A stretch of DNA of 64,000 bases from Octopus bimaculoides (Eukaryota), in contig NC_068990.1 of assembly GCF_001194135.2 (NCBI RefSeq), forward strand, positions 69,305,157 to 69,369,156, in the 5' to 3' direction. Each line of letters opens with the position of its first letter. The first letter of the stretch is position 1. The notes beneath the pieces were generated by a model. That model was not told the DNA's origin, did no database searches, and was given only the letters and a program-made list of their open reading frames with translations. Below, piece by piece: positions 49,981 to 62,769 of the stretch. A program made the position numbers and the translations under genes.

Positions 49981-50230
49981 CCCTTAAACAGCGGATATCA
50001 TCAATTACGTTTCATAAATTTTACATGGATACGGGCTATTAGCAAACGAAAGTGAATATTTTACGGTACTCTCCGATAATGAGGTTGTAAATTTTATTGT
50101 ACGAGAAACTAACGATTGTTATAGGTTTTGTACTCATTTATAGTGAAAATAACTATTTACAAAAAGGGATTTTTGTGTTTTTGCCCGTTTGGCAAACGCA
50201 TTCACGCAACCCTTTCCCGCCGTTTAAGGG
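49981..50230. mobile_element. piggyBac-type MITE, 250 bp
   Basis: TTAA|CCCTTAAACAGCGG ... CCGCCGTTTAAGGG|TTGA; TIR 13/14 identical, TSD with one mismatch. Confidence 0.75.
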
Positions 50231-52861
50231 TTGAAGCATGTAATATAAGCCCAACTTCGCATTTAGGGCCCGGGATGATTTTTTTTCTTTTTCTTTTTTT
50301 AAAGATATTTGAAGGAGAAAAGGTTCATTTTATATGCTATGAAATACGGTAACCTTTCCTCGCATTTCTTTCAGTTTCCCATTAAGTTTGCACTAATTGC
50401 AGTTTTATTTAAAGGACAGCAAGGTTCTGCGGTTGATCAAAGGACCAGATTTAGTACAAAGAAAGGGTTTTGACCATTTAAAACTTGCCAAGCACCTTGG
50501 TGAAGATATAAGAATTACATGAATGAAAAGCTATCTTTTGTTTTCCAACTTTTAAAAAGGTGGGGAGGGTGTTGGTTCAGCAGATTGATTAAAGCGTCGA
50601 GAAAATGCTTTGCAATATTTTATGTTTCTTTATGTTTTGAGTTCAAATTCCGCTTAGGCCAGTTTTGCCGTCCGTCTTTTCTGAGTCGGCTAAAACAATG
50701 TAGTAAGTATGGTTAATTGATTATAAAGGCGCAGGCATGGCCGTGTGGTTAAAAAGATGCAGGCAGTCCTACTGCGCAGCACCTGAGACAAGTGTATTCT
50801 ACTATGGTTTTAGCCCGACCAATACCTTGTGACGGAATTTCGAGGATGGAATCTGTGTTGTGAGTTTGTGTTTGCCACTGCATTGCTGGATTATCGGGGT
50901 TTTTTTTTATCTCCCAGTTCCATTGAACCTGAAAATTTTGGCTGTGATATTCCACTTCTTTATCTCATAATTGAATCTGCAAACATTTTTTTTTCTTGTC
51001 CATTTAGATGAAACGCTCAAGGTGTCTCGAGACCTGCATTAGATAACACCAGTCTCTATACCTCAACACTAACTTCTCCGAAAATATAAAACTCCAGAGA
51101 ATCTTTATGGTTTCCATCAATCAAACTTGCTATAAGATGAAATGTTCCCCCCAAGCTCCTGTGTATCGCTCGATTCAATTACGAAAAATAGGGTTGTTGG
51201 TAAAAGCATTCAAAGCTATTGAGAATTTTTTTCTTTTTTTTTTCGCCAATCACAAAATGTTGAAGTGATGGGATGAAAATGAGAGTTAACATTGATCTCG
51301 CTATAAAACAAATAATGTGAGAAAGACACAGAATAATTCTGTTTATTGAATTTCTTTCTGACTTTTAGCTAGGAGAGTAAGGCATAGTCTATTGACTGGT
51401 TACAAGAGGTCAGAAATTAATGGGAGCGATGAAGGGAGGTAACTGTCAAAGCAGAGATCTGGACTGTATGTTTGGAACAGAGTGAATTCCGCTAAAGGTA
51501 CTGAAGGTATCACGTGCTGCCCACTATTTGCTCGAATAGAAGCCGCTCAAGGTGGTGCCCCAGCATGGTCGCAGTCCAATAACTGAAACAACTAAAAAAA
51601 GATACACTTGTATTTTTGTGTTTTTATTGATTCCAGTCCCCGGTTTGTAACAATGCACCCACCAATCAACTCACCCCTTCGTGTATTCAGTTGTTTCCAT
51701 TGTACATTTTTGGAAAGTTCTTTAATGTTTTTCTAATTTATAATTTTTATCTTTCGTGTTCTACTAGAACATGGCTTTTGAGACAACAGAGATCCTCCCA
51801 ATCGTCGTTCAACGTACAAGAAATAGCAGCAAAATAGTCCTCAAATCAAACTATCTTTAAAAACAGCGGAGGGTCCACATTAGACTATAATACCTTATAT
51901 ACAAAATGATGGAATTATCATTATTAGAACCCAAACCGGCGCCAAGACACAGCACCCTAGAGCAGCCCTACAATATGTTCTCTCTTTTTGCAGTCTTTCA
52001 ATGTGTCCTCAACCGTCACTTTATGTTTAACACCAAATTATATAATAGGTCAAGACATCACTCGATTCCTTTGTCTCCCTTCCCACCATGTTTAATATTT
52101 GTTTTTAAAATTGTATGGGTGGGGTACAAAAAGTTGTCTTTCCCCGCTCTATCCTGTATCCTCTTTTGTTCTAAGAATGACCTCACCTACTCTGCATGTT
52201 GTAAAGTTTTTGAGATTTTTAGATTAAAAAACTTTGTCTAACTTATTCAGAATTTATATGGTACACCCATATTTGGATCTATTCAATCGTAGTCACGGAT
52301 TTTTTAATAATTTTTTAAAATCTTAGTACTCGTAACATGTTGACTGGCCGATTCTGGTTATAATGACGATTATCATAATTTCGCCCAGTCAGTATGGCGG
52401 TTTTGTTTTGTTTTCTTTTTCTTCCTTCTATTATATTGCTGTGGCTTTACGTGTTCGTGTGATAAATTAGATTTTCAACACGTTTACTAAAGATTCCTAC
52501 TGTAGATAAAAGGTCACACAGTTTTAAAGGAAGGAACTGTTGATTAACCAAAATAGAGTGATTTATCGCAGACTAGCTCCTTCGTAATATGAGAGGAAAT
52601 CTAATATGTCGTTATCTATCGGAAATAATTATTTCGTCCAGCTAATATATAACCAGAGCGTTCACATAATCACCAGATAACACTGTAGTACTAATAGCAT
52701 CATTAATTGTATGGATTAATATAACTAAAATTTATTAGCGACTATAATGTATTATAAAGGAAATTAGAAAATATTAACAAACAAAAACGTTGATATTTCT
52801 TCAGAAGTTATTTCGTTATTGCTTAACCCTAAGTCGATCCTGATCGATCAGTCCTACGTTG

Positions 52862-53353
52862 GGGTTATTATATAGATCCACACCCGGTGGAAAAATTGAA
52901 AAAAAATAGTGTAGTAGTTGAAGTGCACCGTATATGAAATAAATATGAAGGAAAAAATGCGCGCTGGCGAACGGGGTGGGGGTGAGAGTGCTCGGAAAAT
53001 TCACACAACCTGAGCACTCAATCTCAACGTCCGGTCACAGGAGTGAAACAGAAATCATCTAATACTCTAACGCTAACCCTAACCCTACGGTTAGGGTTAG
53101 GGTCAGGGTTAGGGTTAGGTTTAGGGTTAGGGTTAGGGTTAGAGTATTAGATGATTTCTGTTTCACTCCTGTGACCGGACGTTGAGATTGAGTGCTCGGG
53201 TTGTGTGAATTTTCCGAGCACTCTCACACACACCCTCCCCCCGTTCGCCAGCGCGCATTTTTTCCTTCATATTTATTTCATATACGGTGCACTTCAACTA
53301 CTACACTATTTTTTTTCAATTTTTTCCCTGGGTGTGGATCTATATAAAAATCC
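52862..53353. repeat. ~490-bp palindromic (foldback) element with a central telomeric-repeat core
   Basis: Arms 52862-53070 and 53139-53353 are reverse complements with long identical stretches. Centre is CTCTAA CGCTAA CCCTAA CCCTA CGG followed by nine TTAGGG-type units (53091-53144). Confidence 0.9.
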
Positions 53354-53610
53354 GTCCAACAACATTCCACTTGTCTGTAACTATCTCACCTTTTTGTATG
53401 TCAGGGGTTAAATTGTCCACTGTGTTTCGTTTTGTTTTAAGATGTTTGGATGATGATTTAAGGGAGGTTTAGTTGTTCTTTCTAGCAGATCGGGTAACCA
53501 AGTAGAGATTTTCTCGTTAACACGATTCTGAGATAGTTTTCTTTTTAGGTAAGCGAAATGAAAAGTCATTTCCTGTTTTCTCTTAAAACTAAATAAAAAA
53601 ACATTCTTGA

Positions 53611-54287
53611 CATACCTACACAAGTGTACCTCCTGACTTTGTTTCCTCATAACTTCCAGAAAAGAAAGTAAATATTTTTTTTATTGAAATTTTTACAAAT
53701 GCGCTTCAGATAATGTAAATTCCGATTATATCGGAAGTTGTAAAAAAATTTTCCTTGCGTGGGGAGATGTGTTCCGGAGTATTTTTGTAAAATTTTCTAT
53801 AAATACCTCCTCGGAATGTACAAATTTAAGATTATATTGGAATTTAATGCGAAAAGAAAACAAAAAAACAAAAAAAAGAAAAAATGCTTGACTGGCCATA
53901 CATCACATAATCTACAAAAGAAACTTGAAATTTCGGAAAAAAAAAAAAAATGTGAGATGTCAATGAGTATGTGTGCGAGCCCACGATTTTTTTTTTTTTT
54001 TNNNNNNNNNNNNNNNNNNNNNNNNNNNNNNNNNNNNNNNNNNNNNNNNNNNNNNNNNNNNNNNNNNNNNNNNNNNNNNNNNNNNNNNNNNNNNNNNNNN
54101 NNNAAATTCCTCTCCCAACTATCGGAATAATTTTTTATATTTTTTTCTTCACAAATCCTAATATAATCAGTATCTACACTGTTTGATACGTATTTGTAGA
54201 AAATTACATTAAAAAATTCAAATTTTTTCTAGAAGTTATAAGGAAACAAAGTAAGGTGGGGGGGGGGGACACATTTGTGTACGTATG
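53611..54287. mobile_element. Non-autonomous TIR element (~55-bp TIRs) spanning a gap
   Basis: catacctacacaagtgt..actttgtttcctcataacttccagaaaa versus the reverse complement of 54226-54287, catacgtacacaaatgt..actttgtttccttataacttctagaaaa. TSD not resolved. Confidence 0.65.
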
Positions 54288-55231
54288 CCATACTCTTGAG
54301 GTTCGTACTTTTTTCAACAAATTCATTAGGTACTCTACAAGATATAAAACAGGTTTTAATGATATTTATATGTTTTAACTAAAGTCATTCTGGCTACTTA
54401 TAATTCCTTTTATTCAACGCACGCACAGTTGTTTTATTTATTTATTCTGGAGGAAGGGGCATAGTCAATGACTTTTGCAGACCCCCGGCCCAAGACCAGC
54501 GAGATTGTCATTAATATTCTGTTTAAGAAGATGCAGGTCAGTCCCCATTTGCAACAAAGACGAGAAGAGATTTCAGAGCATCGATGCTCTGAGAAAGAAG
54601 GATTTGTTACACTGATTAGTGCGAAGAGGCACTAGCATAGCCCGAGTGTGTGCCGCCCGGGGAGGCCCTTCTGTTTACCAGCTCCGGACCCCACAAAAAA
54701 CACATATTACCCACAGCTGACCCAAAATTGCCGCCCGGGGCAGACCACTCCCCCCACCCACCTTGCTATCCAATCTTTTGTTGACATATTTCTGATGAAA
54801 TACGTGGCGAAGGTAAAGAATATGCATACCCGGTGTTTGGGGTTAGGGTTTTCGTTACGCCGAAACGGGTGGTGTGCATATACTTTACCTCTGCCGAAAT
54901 ATGTTGCCTTTGTTTCAATTAATTTTGAAAATAATGAAAAATTTAGGACTGTCAAGTTGATGCTTGTAACAATGTGTAATTTTGATAGGTTTAAATTTAG
55001 ATACATAAACACGAACATAAAATAGTACATTACATGCATACACACATACGTGTGTATATACATATATACTACATACACTGAGAATGTAGCAATTACATTT
55101 ACAAAAACAGTTTTTTTCTGTTTGTAAATCGACAAACAGGAGGGTAGATATTCCAGTATCAATTCAATTTTGCTTTCTGTGCCGAATTGACACTTAAAGC
55201 TCATCAGCTAGACTTACTTCTTAAATATCTT

Positions 55232-55482
55232 TAAAAATATATTTACCTTTCCGTGCGCGTTTTTTCAGCTGAAGGCCCCGCGACTTCCAAACGAATATTA
55301 GTGAGCAAATATAAATTCGAAATGGATATGTTTGTTAAGCCACTTTATCATAGTTTTTTTTTTTTTTTAAGATAATGATAACTTCTTTGAATTTTGAATT
55401 CATATTTGCTCACTAATGTTCGTTTGGAAGTTGCGGGTCCTTTAGCTGAACAAACGCGCACGGAAAGATAAATATATTTTTA
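55232..55482. mobile_element. MITE, ~250 bp with ~90-bp inverted arms
   Basis: taaaaatatattta(c/t)ctttccgtgcgcgttt.ttcagct.aagg.cccgc.acttccaaacgaa.attagtgagcaaatat.aattc appears on both strands, with roughly 8 mismatches. Confidence 0.85.
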
Positions 55483-56094
55483 TATATACTACATGTATAC
55501 ATACGTACTCACATATAAACATACGTACGTACGTTCATACATACGTTCTTATGTACGAACGTATACATACAGCCGATATAAAGATCATCTGTTTCTTTTA
55601 GCAAACGTACGCTCACACTCATATATGCACACTCAAAAACACACAAACGCATATACATGTATAATCAAACACAATACCATACACATGCAGACACGTATAA
55701 ATAATCAAATACAACGCCACACGCATTTCAAACACACACACAGTGACGTTTGCGCTTACCCAAGTAAATGAGTAACCTGACATAATGCCACACACACACA
55801 CACATATATATACACACACATATACATATAGACACGCATTTTCTCAATTGCAACGCCACATGCATACTCAAACACACATGTACTCACAAATACCTCACTT
55901 TTACTCAAACGTTTATTCAAACACGTCCACACGCACACTCTAAACAACTGGGCGCGTATACACTCTCACACATAAACAAATGACGTCTGCTTCTCCCCAG
56001 CAACATAACTGAAAGCAACATAAAAGAAAGCCGTGTCTGCTGTAGAAATATCAAACGGCGATTCTGATCAGTTTTTCACTTTCTTGGCTACAAA

Positions 56095-56199
56095 ATGAAG
56101 AGATACCCAGTAAAATCGCTTTTCCAATATTTCTCAGCCAAAACATTTTTTGTTCTTCTTTTGTATGATTTCATCGTCTGGTGGTCGAAATTCCACGAG
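56095..56199 (+). CDS. Candidate first coding exon of an unidentified host gene (short basic N-terminus plus hydrophobic stretch)
   Basis: ACAAAATG context; MKRYPVKSLFQYFSAKTFFVLLLYDFIVWWSKFHE ends in phase 0 at GAG|GTTTGT, followed by T-rich intron-like sequence and the CpG-depleted domain. No homology recognised. Confidence 0.25.
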
Positions 56200-57044
56200 G
56201 TTTGTTCTCTGTCCAAAAATGTCCATTTTATTGTTCTCTCTGCTGCCATTTTACTCTCCCTCTCTCTCTCTCTCTTGCTTGGCTTCTGTCGATTTTATAT
56301 TTAACTTTCTGCTTGATTTTCTATTATTTTTCTTTCTGTATACCTGTCTTTATTCTGTTTTTACTTTATTTTGAATTTTTTCTTCCTGTTTAATTATTTG
56401 TCTATATACTTTAGTCTCTGCCTTATTTGACTTTCTGTCCATTTATCTTTCACTTGTCTCTGTGGAGATATATGTTATTTGCTTATCTCGTTTTTATTTG
56501 TTTGTGTTCATTAGTCTTATCTCTATCCTCTCTCTCTNNNNNNNNNNNNNNNNNNNNNNNNNNNNNNNNNNNNNNNNNNNNNNNNNNNNNNNNNNNNNNN
56601 NNNNNNNNNNNNNNNNNNNNNNNNNNNNNNNNNNNNNNNNNNNNNNNNNNNNNNNNNNNNNNNNNNNNNNNNNNNNNNNNNNNNNNNNNNNNNTGTCCAG
56701 TTGCTCCTACATACCACAGGAATCTTTTAACTTTTACGTGTTTCAGTCATTGAACTGTGGCGATGCTGGTGCACTGCCTTGAAGGGTTTATATTGCTGAC
56801 AATGGTGACAAGTTGACAGAATCGTTTGCCCGCCAGGCGAAATGCTTATGTGTCCTGTCCGTCTTTGTGTATCGAGCTCAAATGTCACTGAGGTCGACTT
56901 TGCCTTTCATCCTTTAGAGGTTGTTGAAATAAGTACAAGTTATGCACTGGATCAAATGAAACCAACTATCCTCCCTCCCTCAAAATGCAGGCCTTGTGCC
57001 TATAGTAGAAAGGATTATTATTATTAGAGCCATTCAACATCATG

Positions 57045-58262
57045 CACTCGGTCCGGCAAGGTTGTCCCCTCTTGTCTCTCTTGTCTGTACTGACTCTCAA
57101 GCCACTACTACACAAACTGGAGGTATTGAGAAGCATCCTGCATGACCCAGAATGTGGGAGATGTGTGTCGGCATATACCAACAACATCACCTTTGTGGTG
57201 TCAGATCATATATAAACACATAGAAATGATCAGAACTACTCTTAGAGACTATGGGGCGGTTTCAGGAACGACAATTAACCAAAAAAAATCAGCAGACTTG
57301 TGGTTCAACACCTGGAGAAACAAATCCATGCTGTCCAACTGCATCGTTGGGCGCTGGATGGACGGACTGGTTAAATTGCTCGGGGTCTAGTTCAGTCTGG
57401 ACCTATAGATGGACAAAAACTGAAACGAGGTAATGAGAAGGGTGAGTGATGGTCAGGCGGTCCATCTGCTGTCAACACCAGCTGCGTGGTGGCCTGGGTG
57501 TGCTGTGGTTGATGATGCACAGACATGCGCTGAGGCTGTGACATCTCCTGTGCTTCGTTGATGGTGAACAGGTGTAGTCACTGTTTGCCAGACACATATT
57601 TCCACAGCTAGTTTCTTTAATGGAGCTGCAGTCCTGGGTAAAACAGACCGAAGGAGAACATTTGGAATGTGGAATGTCTTGAAGCACTCACAGCCCTCAG
57701 CCAATCGGGCAGTGCGATAGGTGGAACATCCACTTTAGCTTTTTATAGATGATTAGTGGAGGAAAATCGCAATAACATTCTTGGTGAGACTTTGGGTGTC
57801 AAAGATCAGTTAACCACTCTCTTCTTGAGAGCTTTTGACCCAGAACCAATGGATGATTTCCAAAAATCTCTGGCAGTGCTACCAGGGAGCTTTGCCTATT
57901 CGAGATAAACTTTACAGGCACAGAAGTGCCTTCAGCCGAGCATGTCCGAGATGCACACAGGACAATGAGATGGTCCTGCATGCACTCGTCCAGTGCCCAA
58001 GCATTGCCAACCTGTGGGTTTATATCGACACTTGCTGTCATGTGTGCGTCGGATCCGGCTGTCAACTGAATCCATCGTGAAGGCTGTGTTTATGTGCCTA
58101 GTGGCCAAGGTGAAGGAGGTTGTATGGTGGACAAAATTGAAGGGACTGAAAATGAACACCTTTCTCTTTGGCCAATCACTGATGAATTTCTTCAAGTTTT
58201 ACTTGAAAAGGAAAATAAGGGTAGAGAGGGAAGTATTGTCTTCTAGCCAGTTTGCTATAAGA
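57045..58262 (+). mobile_element. Tx1/L1-clade LINE ORF2 fragment (RT motifs through zf-RVT)
   Basis: RQGCPLLSLL (QGCPLSP motif); IRTTLRDYGAVSGTTINQKKS..GRWMDGLVKLLGV; LWQCYQGALPIRDKLYRHRSAFSRACPRCTQDNEMVLHALVQCPSIANLW. Multiple frameshifts. Confidence 0.85.
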
Positions 58263-61084
58263 ATTTCTAGTTGCACAAAATTTATTTCAGTGAATTTCAT
58301 CTCAACTGTTTTGTGCTTCAATGTCAGCTTTGGTGTGGTTTCTATGGCTGGGTGTAGACACAGTAACTAGTGAGGTCACCAAATACCTTATGAGACAGGA
58401 AAAATATTTGAGAGATGGTAGATTTCTTTATGCCAGGTGTTGAACACCTGAAGTATGATAGAGGGACAAGAACAGGTGCCTTGCTAATGGGAAATGGGAG
58501 GAAAGAAGATAAATGGAAATTTAAGAGGTATGTATAATATACTTCTAACTGGAAAGTATATCTATGTGTATTGCATCTGCCTACACACATACAAACATAT
58601 TATGTATATACATATATATGTAAAGAGAGAGAGAAAATAGATAGATATGCATACATCTGTATACAAACTTCTTTGTGCATGTGTATAAATTAATGTGTGA
58701 ATGTATACATAAATATGCATTAGTGTGTGTACGTGTGTCTAGATATGTAGAGGAGAAAAATGAGAGTATGGCTGGGCGATAAAAAGCATCACCTAATATA
58801 TACAAGATGCAGGTTTGCGCTGATAATGGACTTGTGAATGACTCCCACTGGGTGAAAACTATGGTATAAACTGGCAGTGTAAGGTGATTGTAGCAGAGAG
58901 AAAACAAGAAAGACATGAGAAGTGGTCAGATCAGTTTTTAGTTTAAGAGCCTCACAAAGCTTTTTGTACTTCAGCAAATGTAAAATTTGCTATTCTAATA
59001 TGAGAGCAACCAGCTCTTTGTGGCCATGAACAATGTCTTAGTATATACATAGCTGATGAAGTGCATTAATGTAAAAAAGCATGTGTCCTACAGTTTGTTG
59101 ATATCAATCATGGCATAGTGGTCTTTTTACACCCATATTATGTGTAAGGAGAATTTCTTCTCTAGAGATAACTTGTAGCATAATGTTTTTTCTTGTCCTA
59201 ATGTACAAAGGACATGATAAAAATGACTGTACATCACCACAGATTTTATATCTTATATTTCTTCTTTATTCTTCTGATATTCTCTTGGTTAAGAACCAAC
59301 AGTTGCATCTATTTATCCCTATATCTTTGTCTGATGGCTTTTAGCCAATGTAATCCATGTTGATATTTCCCTACATCACTTGTTAAAAATGTTCTCTCTC
59401 AGCTATGTTTGATGAAATTCTCTTTGGGGCTTCATGAAAATAGATATTTCGCTAGCTTGGTAATTGTCTTTGTAGGGTATCTTTACAACATTACATTCAC
59501 GGTTACTTTCTCTATCAACTTAGCTTAACACTTATAATTATCACACCCAGCACTACCCACCTCTTATCTACCTCTCCTACAAATAGTACACCTACGTACC
59601 CCACCCTCCTGGTACCAGAGTAATCCACCTACCTTTCCCTAAACCTTTTACTCATGTTTCCTGTTGTTATAATTACTGATGCACCTCTCCATCATAGTTC
59701 CTGCATGCGGCATTCATCACTACCTATCTTCTAATATTTCTAATACTTCCTCCTTATCTTTACCTCTTATTGGACTTAATTAATCTCAACATAGCAAACA
59801 ATATACCTGAGAAAGAAACAGAAGCCATAAAATAAAACAAAAATAGACAGTCAGGGAGTGTACACACCACTCCTATTATACACAACAGAGAAACAGAACA
59901 TGTGCTAGCTTTATTAACTAACAGAGCTGTAGTTTAGAGTCTGCTGCATTGCATAGAGGTTTTTGCTAAGATTTTTACAGCTGCTTATTCTTTTCTATTT
60001 ATTACCATACAGTATGACAGAAGGTTGGGTGTGTTCATCAGGGTACCATTACTAGGGAAACCGTCTGCCCTACCCTTTCCAGACATCTGAGATATATATT
60101 ATCATTTATAGATTTCTTTGACTATGATGTAAAAATGTTCATATCTTGTGATCAGAGATAGGAAGGTGAGAAACTTGAGTGAAAAGAAGAGAGAGAAGGA
60201 TAAAGCAAAACAGTGGGATAGGTTTTCATCCTGAGAAATAACTCAAGCTCATGTCAAATTACATTATAGTAAATACTGAAATCTGACCTAGGTGGCTAAT
60301 TTATTTAAATGTAGGCAAAATACACTTGAGCTCTACGAATATTTAAACATCAGACCCCGAAATGAAGACTGGTAAATCAACCACATTATGAGAGAGAGGA
60401 GAAGAAGAAAGGAATCATATAAATAAATAAGAGATAAGGCAGAGTAGAGATAACCTGTATCTGTGTGTATGTCGTGCACAAACACACACACTCTCTCTCT
60501 CTCTCTCCCTAGTAATTGTTAGATAGGCTTGAAAATTTACATCCCAGAGCCATATGAAAATATAAAAAACAAAAACCTTGATTCACGTAAACAACTACAA
60601 AATAAACAAACATACAGAAATATTCATTCACCTAGTACTACTTAACAATCTAACACAAAATATGCCCCACCCCATCCTGGCCTTCCTAACATTCACTCTA
60701 ATGGTTACAGATGTAATCAGCTTGCTGTTTTCCTTAACATATAAAAATTAAGACCTACTTCTCCCTTTCTCTATCTCTCTCTCTCTCTCTCCCCTTATCT
60801 CTCTCCCTCTCTCTCTCCACCAACCTATGTGCTATCATGTACAACTCCACAACAAACTAGCAAATAAGAATTTTCAGTCATGTAGGCGTGCAGGGCATAG
60901 CTGCATGGTTAAGATGTTTACTTTAGAGCCATGTGGTTAGGGGTTCAATCCCACTGCCTGAATTACAAGTCAGTTGCCTATTGTTCTCTACTATAGTTGC
61001 AGGGCGACCAACACATTATAAGTGAAATTTGGGAGACAGAAACTGAAAGCAGCCTTTCATACACACACACACACACACACACAC

Positions 61085-61305
61085 ACAAATTAGTTTCAAA
61101 TTTTCATAGAAGGCCAGCAATTTCAAGGGAGTAGGTATGTCAATTACGTTGACCCCAGTGCTCAACTGATATTTATTTTATTGATCCTGAGAGGATATAA
61201 AAGGCAAAATGAACCTCAATGGCATTTGAACTCAGAACATGAAGATGAATGAAATGCTGCTAAGCATTTTGACATGCTAACAAGTCTGCCACCTTGCCAC
61301 CTTAT
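61085..61305 (-). mobile_element. SINE family A, CpG-decayed copy
   Basis: Homologous to 44857-45091 with CG replaced by TG or CA throughout. Other decayed copies at ~56790-57020, 60890-61060 (family B) and 61335-61855. Confidence 0.75.
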
Positions 61306-62769
61306 CTATTTCTATTATTAGCATTCCAAAATGAAGCCAATAATATGGCAGAGTCTATTAAAGCATCAGACAAAATGCATTGCAATTTTTGTTCCAGCTG
61401 TTTATGCTCTGAGTTCAAATCCCACCAAGGTTAGCTTTGTCATTTATCTGTCTCTTCATCATCCTCATCAACTCCTGGACATTATTACTGTCTCGAGTCC
61501 TAGGACTCATAGGGGTGGTTACCCAGTTTCCAGAGTGTATCAGTGACTGAGATCGCAACATAATCACCTCTGAACAGGATGCCAATCCATTGCAGGATTA
61601 TTCGTTTGCAGCTGTTTGTACTGGAGCTGCTTGAAATGAAATTTCTTGCTCGAGATCACAACACCCCACCTGGTCCAAGAATTAAAACCATGATCTTGTG
61701 GTTTTGAATGCCACTAGTCCAACTGCTTTCCTTTCATCTCTCTGGTATTGATAAAATAAAATACTAGGGTGCAGTACTAGGGTCCGTGTAATCAACTAAC
61801 CCCCACCAAGCCTCAATATTGCTGGCCCTATGCCTTAATTACAAAGAATTATTAACACTTAAGTGAGTTTTTTTTTTCTATTTATTAAAAATTCATCTTT
61901 TTATTCATTATATTTCTCTACTAAAGAAAGCAAAAAGACTGTATTAACCTTATTTTTGGTAGTTCCAAAACAGACTACTTAAACCAGATTCCACAAAAAT
62001 ATATATTACTTGATCTATTTCATGTTAAAAGCTTTACATCCAAATAAGTTCTCCCATATGTTAATATGATTCAAATGAACTCTAATTACAAATAGCAAAC
62101 ATATTGCAAAAATATAAATCTGTTATACTATATTATTTTTTATTTTTCCTTCATCTTTTTACTACCTTTCACTTATATTTGAAATCATTTACTTCAGCCA
62201 GAATCTATTAATGTAGATAGATAGATAGATAGATAGATAGAGAAATGAGATTAGAAAAACTAATATATTAAGTAGAATATGGTTGATATAGTTGACTACA
62301 CATGTATGGGCCTTGAAGGTCATCGTAAACCACTTAGAGAAATACAAACAAAAAAGTGTTCAGTAAAAGTTTCTGGTGAAATCATTTGGCCAGATTCCGA
62401 AAAATTAATTCTCACCTGTCTGACTCACTGGAATCATTTATTTATTTATTTGTTTTTTCATTTGAATCTGTAACTGGTAGTGCAAAGAATGGGATGGGGG
62501 TGACATGTGCTGATTCTGCTCTCAACTGAGTACAGCAGCCTAGAGCCTTAGATAGAAGAGTGATGGAAGGATGGGCATTAAGGGAATGAGATGTGGAGGA
62601 ATGCTTGATGCAGAATTTTATGGAGCAGGGCCCACCAAATACAAGCATAAAAAATGCTTTGAGGGCCTCATTTTCATTGTGATGAAAATTACCAGCCGCC
62701 TCAGTCTTTTGTCATCACCTCTGTGAATCTGCCTATTTGTGTCTATCATAGCCTTGTATTATCTCTATA

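Larger units (their letters stand above)
2470..56693. other. About 17 assembly gaps (N runs), nearly all flanked by microsatellites or low-complexity tracts
   Basis: Examples: 2470-3451, 8979-9702, 12348-12603, 13720-14323, 15695-16506, 37441-38420, 54002-54103, 56538-56693. Confidence 0.95.

Noticed and set aside
53065-53144. Ancestral telomere-telomere chromosome fusion site
   Set aside because: The order is CCCTAA then TTAGGG, the reverse of a fusion, and the two flanks are inverted copies of each other rather than two different subtelomeres.
2278-56782. Long ORFs in the track that contain X runs
   Set aside because: Artefacts of translating N gaps. Only the non-N part of 2278-3981 (the R4 endonuclease) is real homology.
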